Of a stretch of 64,000 nt of DNA, positions 12,674 to 22,079 are shown piece by piece. The stretch is from an uncultured delta proteobacterium (GTDB lineage Bacteria > Myxococcota > UBA727 > VGSZ01). The notes under the pieces were generated by a model. The model did no database searches. It was not told the origin of the DNA and saw only the letters and a list, made by a program, of their open reading frames with translations. The position numbers and the translations under genes are program-made. The stretch's first letter is position 1. Every line of letters starts with the position of its first letter. The stretch covers positions 32,001-96,000 of the forward strand of contig CAVZJB010000016.1 of the NCBI GenBank assembly GCA_963775425.1, given 5' to 3'.

Positions 12674-13642
12674 TCAGCTCGTGACGCGGTAGAAGTGCAT
12701 CCCGGATTGGATGTTCGACAGGTTCACGAACGCCGCGTGCGACGAGGAGTTGTTCGCGACCTTCCCGTTGCCCATGTAGATGCCGATGTGGTGGCCGTTG
12801 GGGAAGATCACGACGTCCCCGGGCTTCAAGTCCTTCTGCGCGACGGCGACGCCGCGGCCGTTTTGCAGCGCGGCCTCCACCGAGGGGACGTAGTTCGGGT
12901 TGGAGCCGACCTTGGCGAGGCCCGCGTTCGACAGGATGTTGTTCACGGACCAGGCGCAGGCGAGGTTGCCGCCGTCGGGGCCCGCCGCCGTCGACGTGCC
13001 CATGTAGTTCTTGGCTGCATCGGCGATGCGGGCGTTGATGGAGCCAGCGGGCGGAGGCGGGTCCGCGGTGGCGATGGCCTGGGCCGCCTGTTGCTGGAGC
13101 GCGCCGCTGTTTTTCGACGGTCCCTGGGCGGCGTAGCTGCCGCTCGACGGGAGCATGCCCGGGCGGCGCGCGGGGCTCTGGCCGCTCCACGCGGGGGCGC
13201 GGTTGTTGCGGGCGTTGTCCTCGGCGATCAGGCGGTCGAGCAGCGCGAAGAGATCGTCGATGTCGTTGACGCCGGAGAGATCGTCTTTGTGATCCTGGAT
13301 GAACTTCTTGGCGGCGGCGTCGAACTGCGGCTTGGAGATCTTTCCGTCGCTGGGCAGGTAGCCGAGCTTTTGCAGCTTCTCGGTCATCTGCTGGGTGAGC
13401 GCCTGCTCCTCCGGCGACGGCGGCGGCGGCATCTCGACGCGCTGCATGCCCTGGCTCGAGAGCACGCCGCGCGCGCCGGCGCGGTCGACGGGCTTCGGGC
13501 CGGTGGAGGTCGGGGCTGGGACCTCGGACGACGTCCCGGTCGCGGCCGCGGCGTCCATTGCCATCTTCTCCTTGAGTCGCTCGATTTCGGCGAGCTGCTG
13601 CGGGTCGAGCCCGCCTGCGCCGCCGCCAACCTTGATCGCCAT
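12674..13642 (-). CDS. NlpC/P60- or CHAP-like cysteine peptidoglycan hydrolase with low-complexity N-terminus
   Basis: C-terminal domain has the Cys (NLACAWSV) and His (KPGDVVIFPNGHHIGIY) pattern of the NlpC/P60 superfamily. GGAGG SD precedes ATG 13642. No signal peptide. Confidence 0.7.
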   Translation of the reverse strand: MAIKVGGGAGGLDPQQLAEIERLKEKMAMDAAAATGTSSEVPAPTSTGPKPVDRAGARGVLSSQGMQRVEMPPPPSPEEQALTQQMTEKLQKLGYLPSDGKISKPQFDAAAKKFIQDHKDDLSGVNDIDDLFALLDRLIAEDNARNNRAPAWSGQSPARRPGMLPSSGSYAAQGPSKNSGALQQQAAQAIATADPPPPAGSINARIADAAKNYMGTSTAAGPDGGNLACAWSVNNILSNAGLAKVGSNPNYVPSVEAALQNGRGVAVAQKDLKPGDVVIFPNGHHIGIYMGNGKVANNSSSHAAFVNLSNIQSGMHFYRVTS

Positions 13643-13779
13643 GAGGGCCTCCGGGGGGAGTAGGGGTGAACCTGGTGGTTTTCGGCCCCACGCCGGTGGG
13701 GGTCCGTCGGACAAGAGGCGGAGCCCTCCGATTCGGCGTAGTCTCGGGAGGACGATGGTGAGTTGACGGTTTCGACGTT

Positions 13780-15444
13780 ATGGTAACCCGGGCGCCGGTC
13801 ATCGACGGGAAGTACACGCTGCTGCGCAAGCTCGGCGCAGGCGGCATGGCCGAGGTGTTCCTCGCCAAGCAGCTCTCCGAAGGGAACTTCGAAAAGCTCG
13901 TCGTCATCAAGCGCATCCTGCCGCAGCTCGCGTCGGGCCACTCCAACACCGACTTCGTGCGCATGTTCCTCGACGAGGCGCGGCTCGCGAGCGATCTGCG
14001 GCACCCGAACATCGTCACGGTCATCGACGTCGGCAAGACCAACGAGACCTACTACATCGTCATGGAGTTCCTGCACGGGCAGGACGTCCGGAAGATGCAG
14101 CGCAAGAACGCGGCGTGGGGCGAGCAGATCCCCCTCGGGCACTGCTGCCAGATCGCCATCGACGGCGCCGCAGGCCTCCACTACGCCCACAAGAAGGTCG
14201 ACCTGCAGGGACAGCCCCTGTCCATCGTGCACCGCGACGTCAGCCCGCAGAACATCCTCGTCACCTACGAGGGCGCCACCAAGATCGTCGACTTCGGCAT
14301 CGCCAAGGCGGCCACGCAGACGACGCATACGTCCACCGGCGTGCTGAAGGGCAAGTACACGTACATGAGCCCGGAGCAGGCCCAGGGCGACGTCGTCGAC
14401 GCGCGCACCGACCAGTTCGCGCTCGGCATCGTGCTGTGGGAGCTGTTGACGATGCGGCGCCTCTTCAAGCGCGAGACCGAGGTGCTCACGCTCGAAGCCA
14501 TCATCATGGGCAACATCCCGAAGGCCTCGCGCTTTCGCGAGGACCTGCCCAAGAGCATCGACGACATCGTCATGAAGTCCCTGGCCAGGGACAAGAAGGA
14601 CCGCTTCGCGGACTGCGAGGAGATGGCGCTCGCGCTCGAGGACGCGCTGGCGAAGGAGGGCGTCGTCCACTCGCAGAGCCGGCTCGCGCAGTACATGCGC
14701 CGGCTGTTCGCCGACGCGCTCGCTGAGGAGGCCACGCTCGGCCTCGTGAACCCCGACGGCAGCGTCTCCAAGAACTTCACTCCGTTCACGCTGCCGGCGC
14801 AGGGGGAGGCGGCGGCCGCGTTCGAAAAGGCGGCGGAGCCACCGCCGCCGGACGCCACCACCGCCGATCGCAAGAACGCCCGCAGCAAGGACGACACCGC
14901 GTCCAAGAAGCCGGAGACCTCGCCCAAGGCCACCGCCGACAGCAACACCGAGCCCACCGTCGCCAACGAGCCCAGGCCGAAGGACCGCACCTCGGACGCC
15001 CGGCGCGAGGACCGCAGCGACTCGCGACGCCGCGATCGCGATCGACCCCGCGATCGACCCCGCGATCGCGGCGCCGATCGCGATCAGGCCCGCGATCGCG
15101 ATCGGCGGGATCGCGATCGGGGCGGGGAGCGCGTGCGCATGCCCTGGGCGGTGCTCGGTGCCGGGGCGCTGGCGGCCGTCGCCGTCGTCGGTGGCTACGC
15201 GGGCTACGCCACGTGGTCCAGGAGCGGTCCGGCGACGCTCATCATCCGCTCGGAGCCCCGCGGCGCGGAGGTGAGCGTGGACGGCAAGCCCACCGGCCAG
15301 ACCACGCCCGCGCTCCTGCGCGACGTCGAGGCCGGCATCCCGCACAAGGTGCGCGTCGAGGTCGAGGGCAAGCCGGCCGTCGAAGAGATCTTCACCATCG
15401 GGCACCGCGGCGAGACCCTCGAGCTCAAGCTCGACATCCGTTGA
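13780..15444 (+). CDS. membrane Ser/Thr protein kinase with C-terminal PEGA domain
   Basis: LGAGGMAEV, VVIKRI, HRDVSPQN, DFGIAK and YMSPEQ motifs, then an Arg/Asp-rich linker, a TM helix and PEGA-like IRSEPRGAEVSVDGKPTGQTTP. Confidence 0.95.
   Translation: MVTRAPVIDGKYTLLRKLGAGGMAEVFLAKQLSEGNFEKLVVIKRILPQLASGHSNTDFVRMFLDEARLASDLRHPNIVTVIDVGKTNETYYIVMEFLHGQDVRKMQRKNAAWGEQIPLGHCCQIAIDGAAGLHYAHKKVDLQGQPLSIVHRDVSPQNILVTYEGATKIVDFGIAKAATQTTHTSTGVLKGKYTYMSPEQAQGDVVDARTDQFALGIVLWELLTMRRLFKRETEVLTLEAIIMGNIPKASRFREDLPKSIDDIVMKSLARDKKDRFADCEEMALALEDALAKEGVVHSQSRLAQYMRRLFADALAEEATLGLVNPDGSVSKNFTPFTLPAQGEAAAAFEKAAEPPPPDATTADRKNARSKDDTASKKPETSPKATADSNTEPTVANEPRPKDRTSDARREDRSDSRRRDRDRPRDRPRDRGADRDQARDRDRRDRDRGGERVRMPWAVLGAGALAAVAVVGGYAGYATWSRSGPATLIIRSEPRGAEVSVDGKPTGQTTPALLRDVEAGIPHKVRVEVEGKPAVEEIFTIGHRGETLELKLDIR
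15031..15120 (+). repeat. Arg-Asp low-complexity repeat (CGCGAT units) in kinase linker
   Basis: Encodes RDRDRPRDRPRDRGADRDQARDRDRRDRDR and contains 10 GATC sites in 90 bp. Confidence 0.7.
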
Positions 15445-15489
15445 CGTTCGCGCCCGCCATCTTCTCCGGCACCTGCCCGAGAAGCTGGC

Positions 15490-16062
15490 CTAGAAGAGGC
15501 CGCCCTTCTGCTTCTGCTCCGCGGCGAACTCGTCCTTGGTGAGCACCTCGGTGCGCAGCAGGTACTCGGCGGTGGCGTCGGAGCGGACCGCGATGAGGTG
15601 ATCGCCCGCGCGGAACACGCGCTGCTCCTTGACGAACACGCCCTGCTCGTTGGTGTCGCGGAAGATGTCGGCGCCCTGGCTGTCGAAGTCGAAGTCGTCG
15701 ACGCACGCTGGCTCGAACCAGGTGATCTCGGTGTCGGCGCCCGGGCCGAGCTGGGTGCGCCAGAAGAGCTTCACGCGGATGACGGCCTCGCCCTCCGTGG
15801 GAACGATGAAGAAGCGTTGCCCGGGGAAGTTGCCCTCCAGGTACGACTCCTCCTCGACCATCTTGCAGCCCGCGGTGGTGTTGCAGATGGGGATCTCGTC
15901 GAGGCAGTCCGACAGCGTGGCCTTGTCGATGAAGGCGGCCTCGCTCCCGAAATCACACCCGAGCGTGGCCGCGAGCGCGGCGGTGCCAAGGGCGCCGGTG
16001 AGCAGACGCATCAGCGACCGGAGGGAGCGGCCGCGCGTAATGAGGGTGCAGGTGGTGCGCAT
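15490..16062 (-). CDS. Cys-containing lipoprotein, co-transcribed with the VWA protein (alternative start 16011)
   Basis: Lipobox TLGC and cysteines in DCLDEIPICNTTAGC. Starts 5 nt after the VWA gene stop. Confidence 0.7.
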   Translation of the reverse strand: MRTTCTLITRGRSLRSLMRLLTGALGTAALAATLGCDFGSEAAFIDKATLSDCLDEIPICNTTAGCKMVEEESYLEGNFPGQRFFIVPTEGEAVIRVKLFWRTQLGPGADTEITWFEPACVDDFDFDSQGADIFRDTNEQGVFVKEQRVFRAGDHLIAVRSDATAEYLLRTEVLTKDEFAAEQKQKGGLF

Positions 16063-16067
16063 GGGGG

Positions 16068-18056
16068 TCACTCGAACAGGACGAAGCGGAAGTCGTCGAC
16101 CAACTGCTCGGCGAGGTCGGGGTCCTTCTTGTCCGGCTTGATGAACGTGTACGGGAGCTGCGCCACGCGGAAGATGCCGAACGCGTCGGGCACCTCGCCG
16201 GGGACCTCGCCGAAGTAGATGCGGATGTCGTTGAAGCCCTTCGGGCGGCCGTCGGCGGCCAGGGTCTGCACGAGCGTGACGTTCCGGACGCGAAAGTCGA
16301 TGCACTGCCGCTGCGCCGACGCGACGCGCAGGAACTCGTCGACGGGGAAGGGCGGCAGGATGGCCTGAGACACCGTCACCGTGATGCTGCGCTTGCACGG
16401 GTCGACGTCCTTGCACTTGGCCCGCAGCGTGTACGTGCCGTCCTTGCCGACGTCGACGGCGGCGCCGAAGTCGGCCTCCGCGGCGTCGCGCCAGGCGAGG
16501 ACGCGGCGGCCGTCGGGCGCGATGGCGAAGCTGAGCTGGCCGTTGCCGAGGGTGGAGCCGGCGCTGACGTCCTCGATGGTGACGCCCGTGATGTCGCGCG
16601 GCTGCGACGCGAACACCAAATCGCGGATGCCGAGGTCGGTCTCGCGGTAGAGGTACCCGAGCTCGTTGCGCGCCTTGGCGTCGGCGCTGCGCGGGTCCGT
16701 GTGGTTCTTGAGCTCGACGTTGTTGGGCGTGCCGTCGAAGTCGCTGTCGGTGAGGCCGTCGTCGAGGAGGAAGTTGGTGCCGGAGAGCACCTCGAGGAGA
16801 TCGGGGCTGCCGTCGGCGTCGGTGTCGAACAGCGTGGCGTCGAGGCGGAGCAGGGCCTCCTCGCAGTCGGTCAGGCCGTCGCCGTCGCTGTCGAGGGTGG
16901 TGACCACCGCCGGATCGATGGGCTCGCACGGCGTGGGCGTGTCGGGCACGAGCGGGTCGAGGCCTACGGTGGACAAGAGCAGCTCGACCTTGTCGCCGAT
17001 GCCGTCGCCGTCGGTGTCGCGCTTGGTGGGATCGGTGCCGTAGATGAGCTCGTCGTCGTCGGACAGGCCGTCCTCGTCGCTGTCGGCGACGGCGCCGTCG
17101 TCGGTGGCGATGGCGTTGAGGTTGGTGACGATGAAGGTCTTTTCGAGGAAGACGTTGCGCGCGCTGTTGATGTCGACGGAGACGAGGTTGAAGGCGGTGG
17201 GCGAGCAGTTGCCGGAGACGATGGCGCCGGTGTCGTCGCGCTGACAGATCGGGCGGTACTCGCCGGCGCCGGCGAAGGCCATCCCCTGCAGCTCCGTCGC
17301 CGTCGGCTGGAAGGTGGCGGGGTTGGCCGACAGCTCCGACAGGTCGATGGCGTGGAGCTGGAAGTCGGCGCCGCCATTGTCGAGGACGAACTGGCGGAGG
17401 CTGGCGACGCGCGTGGACAGCTCGCAGGCCGTGTCGCAGTCGGGGGTGGTGGACAGGACGTTGTCGTCGGTGGGGCCGCCCTGGACGACGACGATGACGT
17501 ACTTGGTGCGCGAGCGCGGGCCCTTGGGCGTGGACAGCAGATCGCCGTCGACGAGGCTGGTGGCGAGCGAGAGCGCCTCACCGAGGCGGCGGCCGCCGTC
17601 GGTGGTGGGCGGCATGGGGACCGTCAGCGCGCCGGCGGCCTCGACGATCGCCTGCGTGTTGGACGTGAAGCCGCCGTCGGGCGCGACCTGGCTCTCGCCG
17701 CCGTAGCGGATGAGCGCGAACTCGGCGTCTGGGGCGCGCAGGATGCCGACCTCGTCGCGGATGGCGTTCACGCGCTGCGTGGAATACGCGGCGAGCACCG
17801 TGGGGTCTGCCGGCTGATCGATGGGCACGTTGGCCGACGCGTCCACCACGAACACGACGCGCAAGGGGAAGCTGCGCTCCGCGGGGTTGTCGGTGCACAC
17901 CTGCCCGACGAACGCCACCTTGTCCGCCTGCGACGGCACGTCGACGGGGTCGTAGAGCGTGGCGGCGGAGCACGAGGCCACGCACAGCGCCGCCACCCCG
18001 ACGAGGGCGACGAGCGACACGCGTGCGGCGAAGTTTTGCAGGTGGGCTCGGCGCAT
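16068..18056 (-). CDS. VWA-domain lipoprotein with thrombospondin type 3-like Ca-binding repeats (myxobacterial Mts/CglD-like adhesin candidate)
   Basis: Lipobox VASC, VWA entry FPLRVVFVVDASAN, and five repeats DSDEDGLSD, DTDGDGIGD, DSDGDGLTD, DTDADGSPD, DSDFDGTPN. Start chosen from TATGCT-N6-ATG. Confidence 0.75.
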   Translation of the reverse strand: MRRAHLQNFAARVSLVALVGVAALCVASCSAATLYDPVDVPSQADKVAFVGQVCTDNPAERSFPLRVVFVVDASANVPIDQPADPTVLAAYSTQRVNAIRDEVGILRAPDAEFALIRYGGESQVAPDGGFTSNTQAIVEAAGALTVPMPPTTDGGRRLGEALSLATSLVDGDLLSTPKGPRSRTKYVIVVVQGGPTDDNVLSTTPDCDTACELSTRVASLRQFVLDNGGADFQLHAIDLSELSANPATFQPTATELQGMAFAGAGEYRPICQRDDTGAIVSGNCSPTAFNLVSVDINSARNVFLEKTFIVTNLNAIATDDGAVADSDEDGLSDDDELIYGTDPTKRDTDGDGIGDKVELLLSTVGLDPLVPDTPTPCEPIDPAVVTTLDSDGDGLTDCEEALLRLDATLFDTDADGSPDLLEVLSGTNFLLDDGLTDSDFDGTPNNVELKNHTDPRSADAKARNELGYLYRETDLGIRDLVFASQPRDITGVTIEDVSAGSTLGNGQLSFAIAPDGRRVLAWRDAAEADFGAAVDVGKDGTYTLRAKCKDVDPCKRSITVTVSQAILPPFPVDEFLRVASAQRQCIDFRVRNVTLVQTLAADGRPKGFNDIRIYFGEVPGEVPDAFGIFRVAQLPYTFIKPDKKDPDLAEQLVDDFRFVLFE

Positions 18057-18207
18057 CGCGCGAGCATAGCGCGCTCGTCGTGGCTGCCGCACGCCGGCGC
18101 CTGGGGGCGGCGGCCCCGCCCAGCACGGGGATGCATGCCCCGCGTGTGCCCGTGTGCGCCTCGCGGCCCGCGGGCGCGCGGCCCGCGGCTTCGGCTAGGA
18201 TGCGGGG

Positions 18208-19368
18208 ATGCGCAACGCCTGGCTCGCGTCGTCGTCCGCGTCGTTGTTGTTCCTCGCCTGCGGCTGCGAGGTGCTGCAGCCGGCGAAGCCGCCGCCCGAG
18301 CCCCAGCCCGGCACGTTCCTGTCGACGCCGTTTCCCGACGTGCGATCGCTCAACGACGTGATCGTGCTGAAGCCCGGCCTCGCCTACGCCGTCGGCACCG
18401 GCGGCACCATCCTCAAGCTCACGGGCACCACGTGGAGCAAGGAGGACAGCGGCGTCACCGACAATCTCGAGTCCATCTCGGGCTTCCTCAAGGACGCCGG
18501 CAGCGACACCGAGACCGAGGTGATGCTCGCGTGCGGCTTCAACGGCGTCGTCCTGCAGCGCACGGATCCGGGCGCCTGGGCGGTGGTCCCGTCGGGCACC
18601 ACCAACGTGCTGTTCTCCGTCGCCGTTCGCAGCGAGACCGACGGCTTCGTCGTCGGCGACGCCGGGACGGTGTTGCGCTGGGACGGAACGCAGCTCGTCG
18701 ATCAGACCACGCAGACGCTGCAGCTGGTCGTCGGCCTCACCTGCAGCGTCGACACGGACTGCGGCGGCGGCAGCGTCTGCAACGGCGGCACGTGCAACAG
18801 CTTCTTCCCCATCCCCGAGCCCTTGAAGGGCGTCGGCGGCGGCAGCACCATGCTCGCCGTCGGCGCGCGCGGCGCCGTCTACAGCTTCGACGCCGACGGC
18901 GATCCGGTGAGCGGCCGCTGGCAGCGCGAGGACTCCGGCACCACGCGTCCGCTCGCGGGGATCTTCACCGAGTCGGGCGTGTGGATGCCGGCCACCGACG
19001 GCGTGCTGCTGTTCAGGAACGGCGCCGACGACTACGACGACGAGAGCTTCCGCACGCCGGCGCCCGTGTTCCTCCAGGACGTGTGGGTCGACGGCGGCAA
19101 CATCTTCGCGGTCGGCCTCGGCCAGGACATTTTCCATCGCGACGGCAGCGGGGCCTGGAGCCTCACCACGGTGGCGGAGGACGCCGAGATGCGCGGGATC
19201 GACGGCTTCGAGGCGCCGCCGGACGACGATCCCAAGGGCGATCCCATCGCCACCTTCATCGCCGTCGGCGGCGGCGGCCGCATCGTGCGCGGACCGTTCG
19301 TCCTTCCCGTCGACGGCGAATCGGTGCTCAGCACCCGCCTGAGCGACACGGACTTCGTATCGCCCTGA
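18208..19368 (+). CDS. beta-propeller-like (WD40/YVTN/BNR-type repeat) lipoprotein with inserted Cys-rich module
   Basis: Lipobox ACGC, repeated AVGxxGT/VVL...W blades, and inserted CSVDTDCGGGSVCNGGTC. Confidence 0.7.
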   Translation: MRNAWLASSSASLLFLACGCEVLQPAKPPPEPQPGTFLSTPFPDVRSLNDVIVLKPGLAYAVGTGGTILKLTGTTWSKEDSGVTDNLESISGFLKDAGSDTETEVMLACGFNGVVLQRTDPGAWAVVPSGTTNVLFSVAVRSETDGFVVGDAGTVLRWDGTQLVDQTTQTLQLVVGLTCSVDTDCGGGSVCNGGTCNSFFPIPEPLKGVGGGSTMLAVGARGAVYSFDADGDPVSGRWQREDSGTTRPLAGIFTESGVWMPATDGVLLFRNGADDYDDESFRTPAPVFLQDVWVDGGNIFAVGLGQDIFHRDGSGAWSLTTVAEDAEMRGIDGFEAPPDDDPKGDPIATFIAVGGGGRIVRGPFVLPVDGESVLSTRLSDTDFVSP

Positions 19369-19421
19369 CGCCTACAGCGGTGCCCTCGTCTTCGGCGGCC
19401 GGCCTCCGCTATGCTGCCGCC

Positions 19422-19820
19422 ATGCTGAAGGCGCTCCTCGTCGCTTCCCTGGTCTGTTTCTCCGGCTCGGCCCTCGCGGCCCACCATGCGCCGCACGCGA
19501 AGGCGTCGTCGTCGGTGAAGCTCGCCAAGAGGTCGCGCCACTCGAAGAAAGCCGACAAGGCCAAGGAGAAGGAGAAGGCGGAGCCGGCGGACCGGCCCGG
19601 GCCCCACTCCGATCCTCGCGCGGCGGCCCCCGCGGCGGTGACGCCGGCGGCGGAGGCGCGGCACGGGATGTCCCGCATCGAGTTCGATGATCGCCTCGTG
19701 CAGGGGCAGACCAACAAGGCCAACGCCATCTATCTCTTCGAGCGCCGCGCGAGCGCCCTGCGGTCACTGCTCAAGAAGCGCACGAACTTCCACGAAGAGA
19801 TCGACGAGACCCTCGAGTAG
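19422..19820 (+). CDS. GltF/CglF-like small exported protein
   Basis: Signal peptide, K/A/P-rich linker, and C-terminal IEFDDRLVQGQTNKANAIYLFERRASALRSLLKKRTNFHEEI resembling the GltF family. Lies directly before the GltG-like gene. Confidence 0.65.
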   Translation: MLKALLVASLVCFSGSALAAHHAPHAKASSSVKLAKRSRHSKKADKAKEKEKAEPADRPGPHSDPRAAAPAAVTPAAEARHGMSRIEFDDRLVQGQTNKANAIYLFERRASALRSLLKKRTNFHEEIDETLE

Positions 19821-19862
19821 CCGCCCGGTCCTCGCCGTTCGAACGTGAAAAAGGAGTAGGGC

Positions 19863-22076
19863 GTGCTCGTCCTCCAGGTCTTCATCATGAGAAACGGTGC
19901 CTTCGAGGGCACCGAGATGGTCACCGGCGATCGCATCGAGATCGGCCGCGACCCGCAAAACGCGCTCGTCCTCGACGACGAGTCTTGCTCGCGCCGCCAC
20001 GCGGCGATCTTCGAGCACGACGGCAAGCTCGCCATCCAGGACCTCGGCAGCGCCAACGGCACGCGGATCAACGGCGAGCCGGTGGGCAACGGGCGTTTCA
20101 TCGGACCGCGCGACGACATCGCCGTCGGCGTCTTCATGCTCAAGGTGAAGCTGATGTCGGGCGCCGCGCGCGCGGCGGCGCCGGCGCCCATGGCGCCTGA
20201 TCCCACGCGCATCGTGCAGGTGCCGCAGCCGGTGCTGCCGCAGCCGTCGCGCGCCCCGGTGCCGAGCGCGGGCTCGCTCGCCATCGGCAGCGCCGACAAC
20301 GAGCGCACCGCCGTGGGCCTCGAGATGGCGATGACCGAGGCGTCGACGCCCGGCGCCATCTCGGGCAGCTCGAGCGAGGCCACGTTGACGGTGCCCGGCC
20401 CGCCGCCGGTGCCGATGTCGATGTCGGAGCCGTCGTCGCCGAGCCTGCGGCCCGAGCTCGAGTCGCACCCCGACGTCACCGCGCCCGAGGCGTCGCTGCC
20501 GGCGCTCGCGGAGGCGCCCACCGTGCCGAGGGGCACGCAGCGGCCGCAGCTCACCAGCCCGACGCCGCAGGCGGCGCCGGGCCGGCACCTCCCGCGCCCG
20601 GCGGCGCCCGACGTGCCGATGCCGATGGCGATGGACGACTTCCCCATCCCCGCGGCGCCCGTCAACACCGACGGTGAGCCGCTGCCGGCGCTGCGCTTCG
20701 CCCCGCGCTTCCTCGAGGAGGAGCTCGTCGAGGAGGAGACCGAGCCCGTGTGGTCGCTGGTGCAGCGGCTGGTGAAGCCGAGCGGCCCGGAGAAGAGCAA
20801 GGAGCCGCTGCTCGAGGTGCTGCACTACCGCGGCGAGCACGTCGTCGACCACAGCGTCTTGCGTCCCGGTGACACCTTCCGCCTCGGCGCGGGCATGAGC
20901 CGCGCCGAGCGACGGGAGGCGGGCATCGACAAGGTGGTGCCCATCGCGCGCCTGAAGAAGGGTGGCGTCGCGGAGGTGTTTCAGCGTGAAGAGGTGTCGG
21001 GGCGCTTGCTGCGCGGCAACCAGCAGACCGAGGTGAAGCCCGGCGGCGGCCCGGTGCCCATCACCGAGGGCGAGCTCGCGAGCCTGCGCGTGGGCAACGA
21101 GCGGGTGTTCCTGCGCTTCGCCGGCGCGCCTCAGCTCGTGTGGACGCGCGACGACGCCGCCGAGGATCGCTTCAACCGCCGCTTGAACGGCATCGCCGCC
21201 GGAGCGTCGGTGGGGTTGTTCCTCATCTTCGCGCTCATCTCGTGGATCCTGCAGTACCGAAACGCCGATCAGGAGATCATCGCGCTCGAGGACGACAGCT
21301 TCGCCGAGGTGGAGATGAAGCCCCTCGAGATGGAGAAGCCGCCGGAGCCGGAGAAGCCGCCGGAGCCCGTGGAGACCAAGGAGCCCGAGGCCGTCCCCGA
21401 CAAGAACCCCACGCCCGTCACCAAGGCGGACAACAAGCCCGCGCCCAAGGAGCAGGCGGCGAAGAAGCCCGGCGTGATGGACATCCTCAACAACATCCCG
21501 AAGGTGAATTCGTCGGCGTCGAACCAGAACCTCACGGCGGCGCTCTCGAACATCAAGGGCGTGCGCGTGCCCGGCGGCGCCGCCGGCGTGAAGGTGAGCG
21601 CGCTGATCGGCAAGGCGCCGACGTCGGGCGTGCAGATCGGCGGCGCGGCGGGCGGCTTGTCGACGAGCGGCATCAACTCGCTGTTCCGCAAGGACGGGCA
21701 GGCGGGCGCGCTCGGGGGCAAGGGGGACAGGAAGGTCGCCGGACGCGTCACCACGCTGCCCCGTCAGATCGTGCGCAAGGGCGAGGGCTCGCTGTCGAAG
21801 GAGGAGATCCAGAAGGTCATCCAGCGGCACATCGGCGAGATTCAGTACTGCTACGAGAAGCAGTTGCGGACGCAGCCGGGCCTCGCGGGTCGCGTGCAGC
21901 TCGAGTGGGTGGTGGCGCCCGGAGGTCGCGTCACCGTCGTCAAGGTGGCGAACTCGTCGCTGCCGAGCGCCGCCGCCACGGGCTGCATGGTGTCCAAGGT
22001 GAAGCGGTGGAAGTTCCCGTCGCCGAAGGGCGGGTCCGTCACCGTGGTGTTCCCCTTCGTGTTCAACACCGTCTAA
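19863..22076 (+). CDS. GltG/PglI-like protein: FHA domain, Pro-rich linker, TM helix, TonB-C/AgmX-PglI C-terminal domain
   Basis: FHA motifs IGRDP..SRRHA..DLGSANGT, one TM helix, and C-terminal IQYCYEKQL...GRVQLEW...GCMVSKVKRWKFPSPKGGSVTVVFPFVF. AAGGAG SD. Confidence 0.85.
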   Translation: MLVLQVFIMRNGAFEGTEMVTGDRIEIGRDPQNALVLDDESCSRRHAAIFEHDGKLAIQDLGSANGTRINGEPVGNGRFIGPRDDIAVGVFMLKVKLMSGAARAAAPAPMAPDPTRIVQVPQPVLPQPSRAPVPSAGSLAIGSADNERTAVGLEMAMTEASTPGAISGSSSEATLTVPGPPPVPMSMSEPSSPSLRPELESHPDVTAPEASLPALAEAPTVPRGTQRPQLTSPTPQAAPGRHLPRPAAPDVPMPMAMDDFPIPAAPVNTDGEPLPALRFAPRFLEEELVEEETEPVWSLVQRLVKPSGPEKSKEPLLEVLHYRGEHVVDHSVLRPGDTFRLGAGMSRAERREAGIDKVVPIARLKKGGVAEVFQREEVSGRLLRGNQQTEVKPGGGPVPITEGELASLRVGNERVFLRFAGAPQLVWTRDDAAEDRFNRRLNGIAAGASVGLFLIFALISWILQYRNADQEIIALEDDSFAEVEMKPLEMEKPPEPEKPPEPVETKEPEAVPDKNPTPVTKADNKPAPKEQAAKKPGVMDILNNIPKVNSSASNQNLTAALSNIKGVRVPGGAAGVKVSALIGKAPTSGVQIGGAAGGLSTSGINSLFRKDGQAGALGGKGDRKVAGRVTTLPRQIVRKGEGSLSKEEIQKVIQRHIGEIQYCYEKQLRTQPGLAGRVQLEWVVAPGGRVTVVKVANSSLPSAAATGCMVSKVKRWKFPSPKGGSVTVVFPFVFNTV

Positions 22077-22079
22077 GCC

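Noticed and set aside
13763-13789. TTGACG..TAACCC promoter for the kinase gene
   Set aside because: The spacer is only 15 nt and the putative -10 lies inside the probable coding start, so it is too weak to call.
16701-19820. 1039-aa ORF as a single gene
   Set aside because: Only the last 132 codons (from ATG 19422) look like a real protein. The rest overlaps the VWA gene (antisense) and the propeller gene (other frame).
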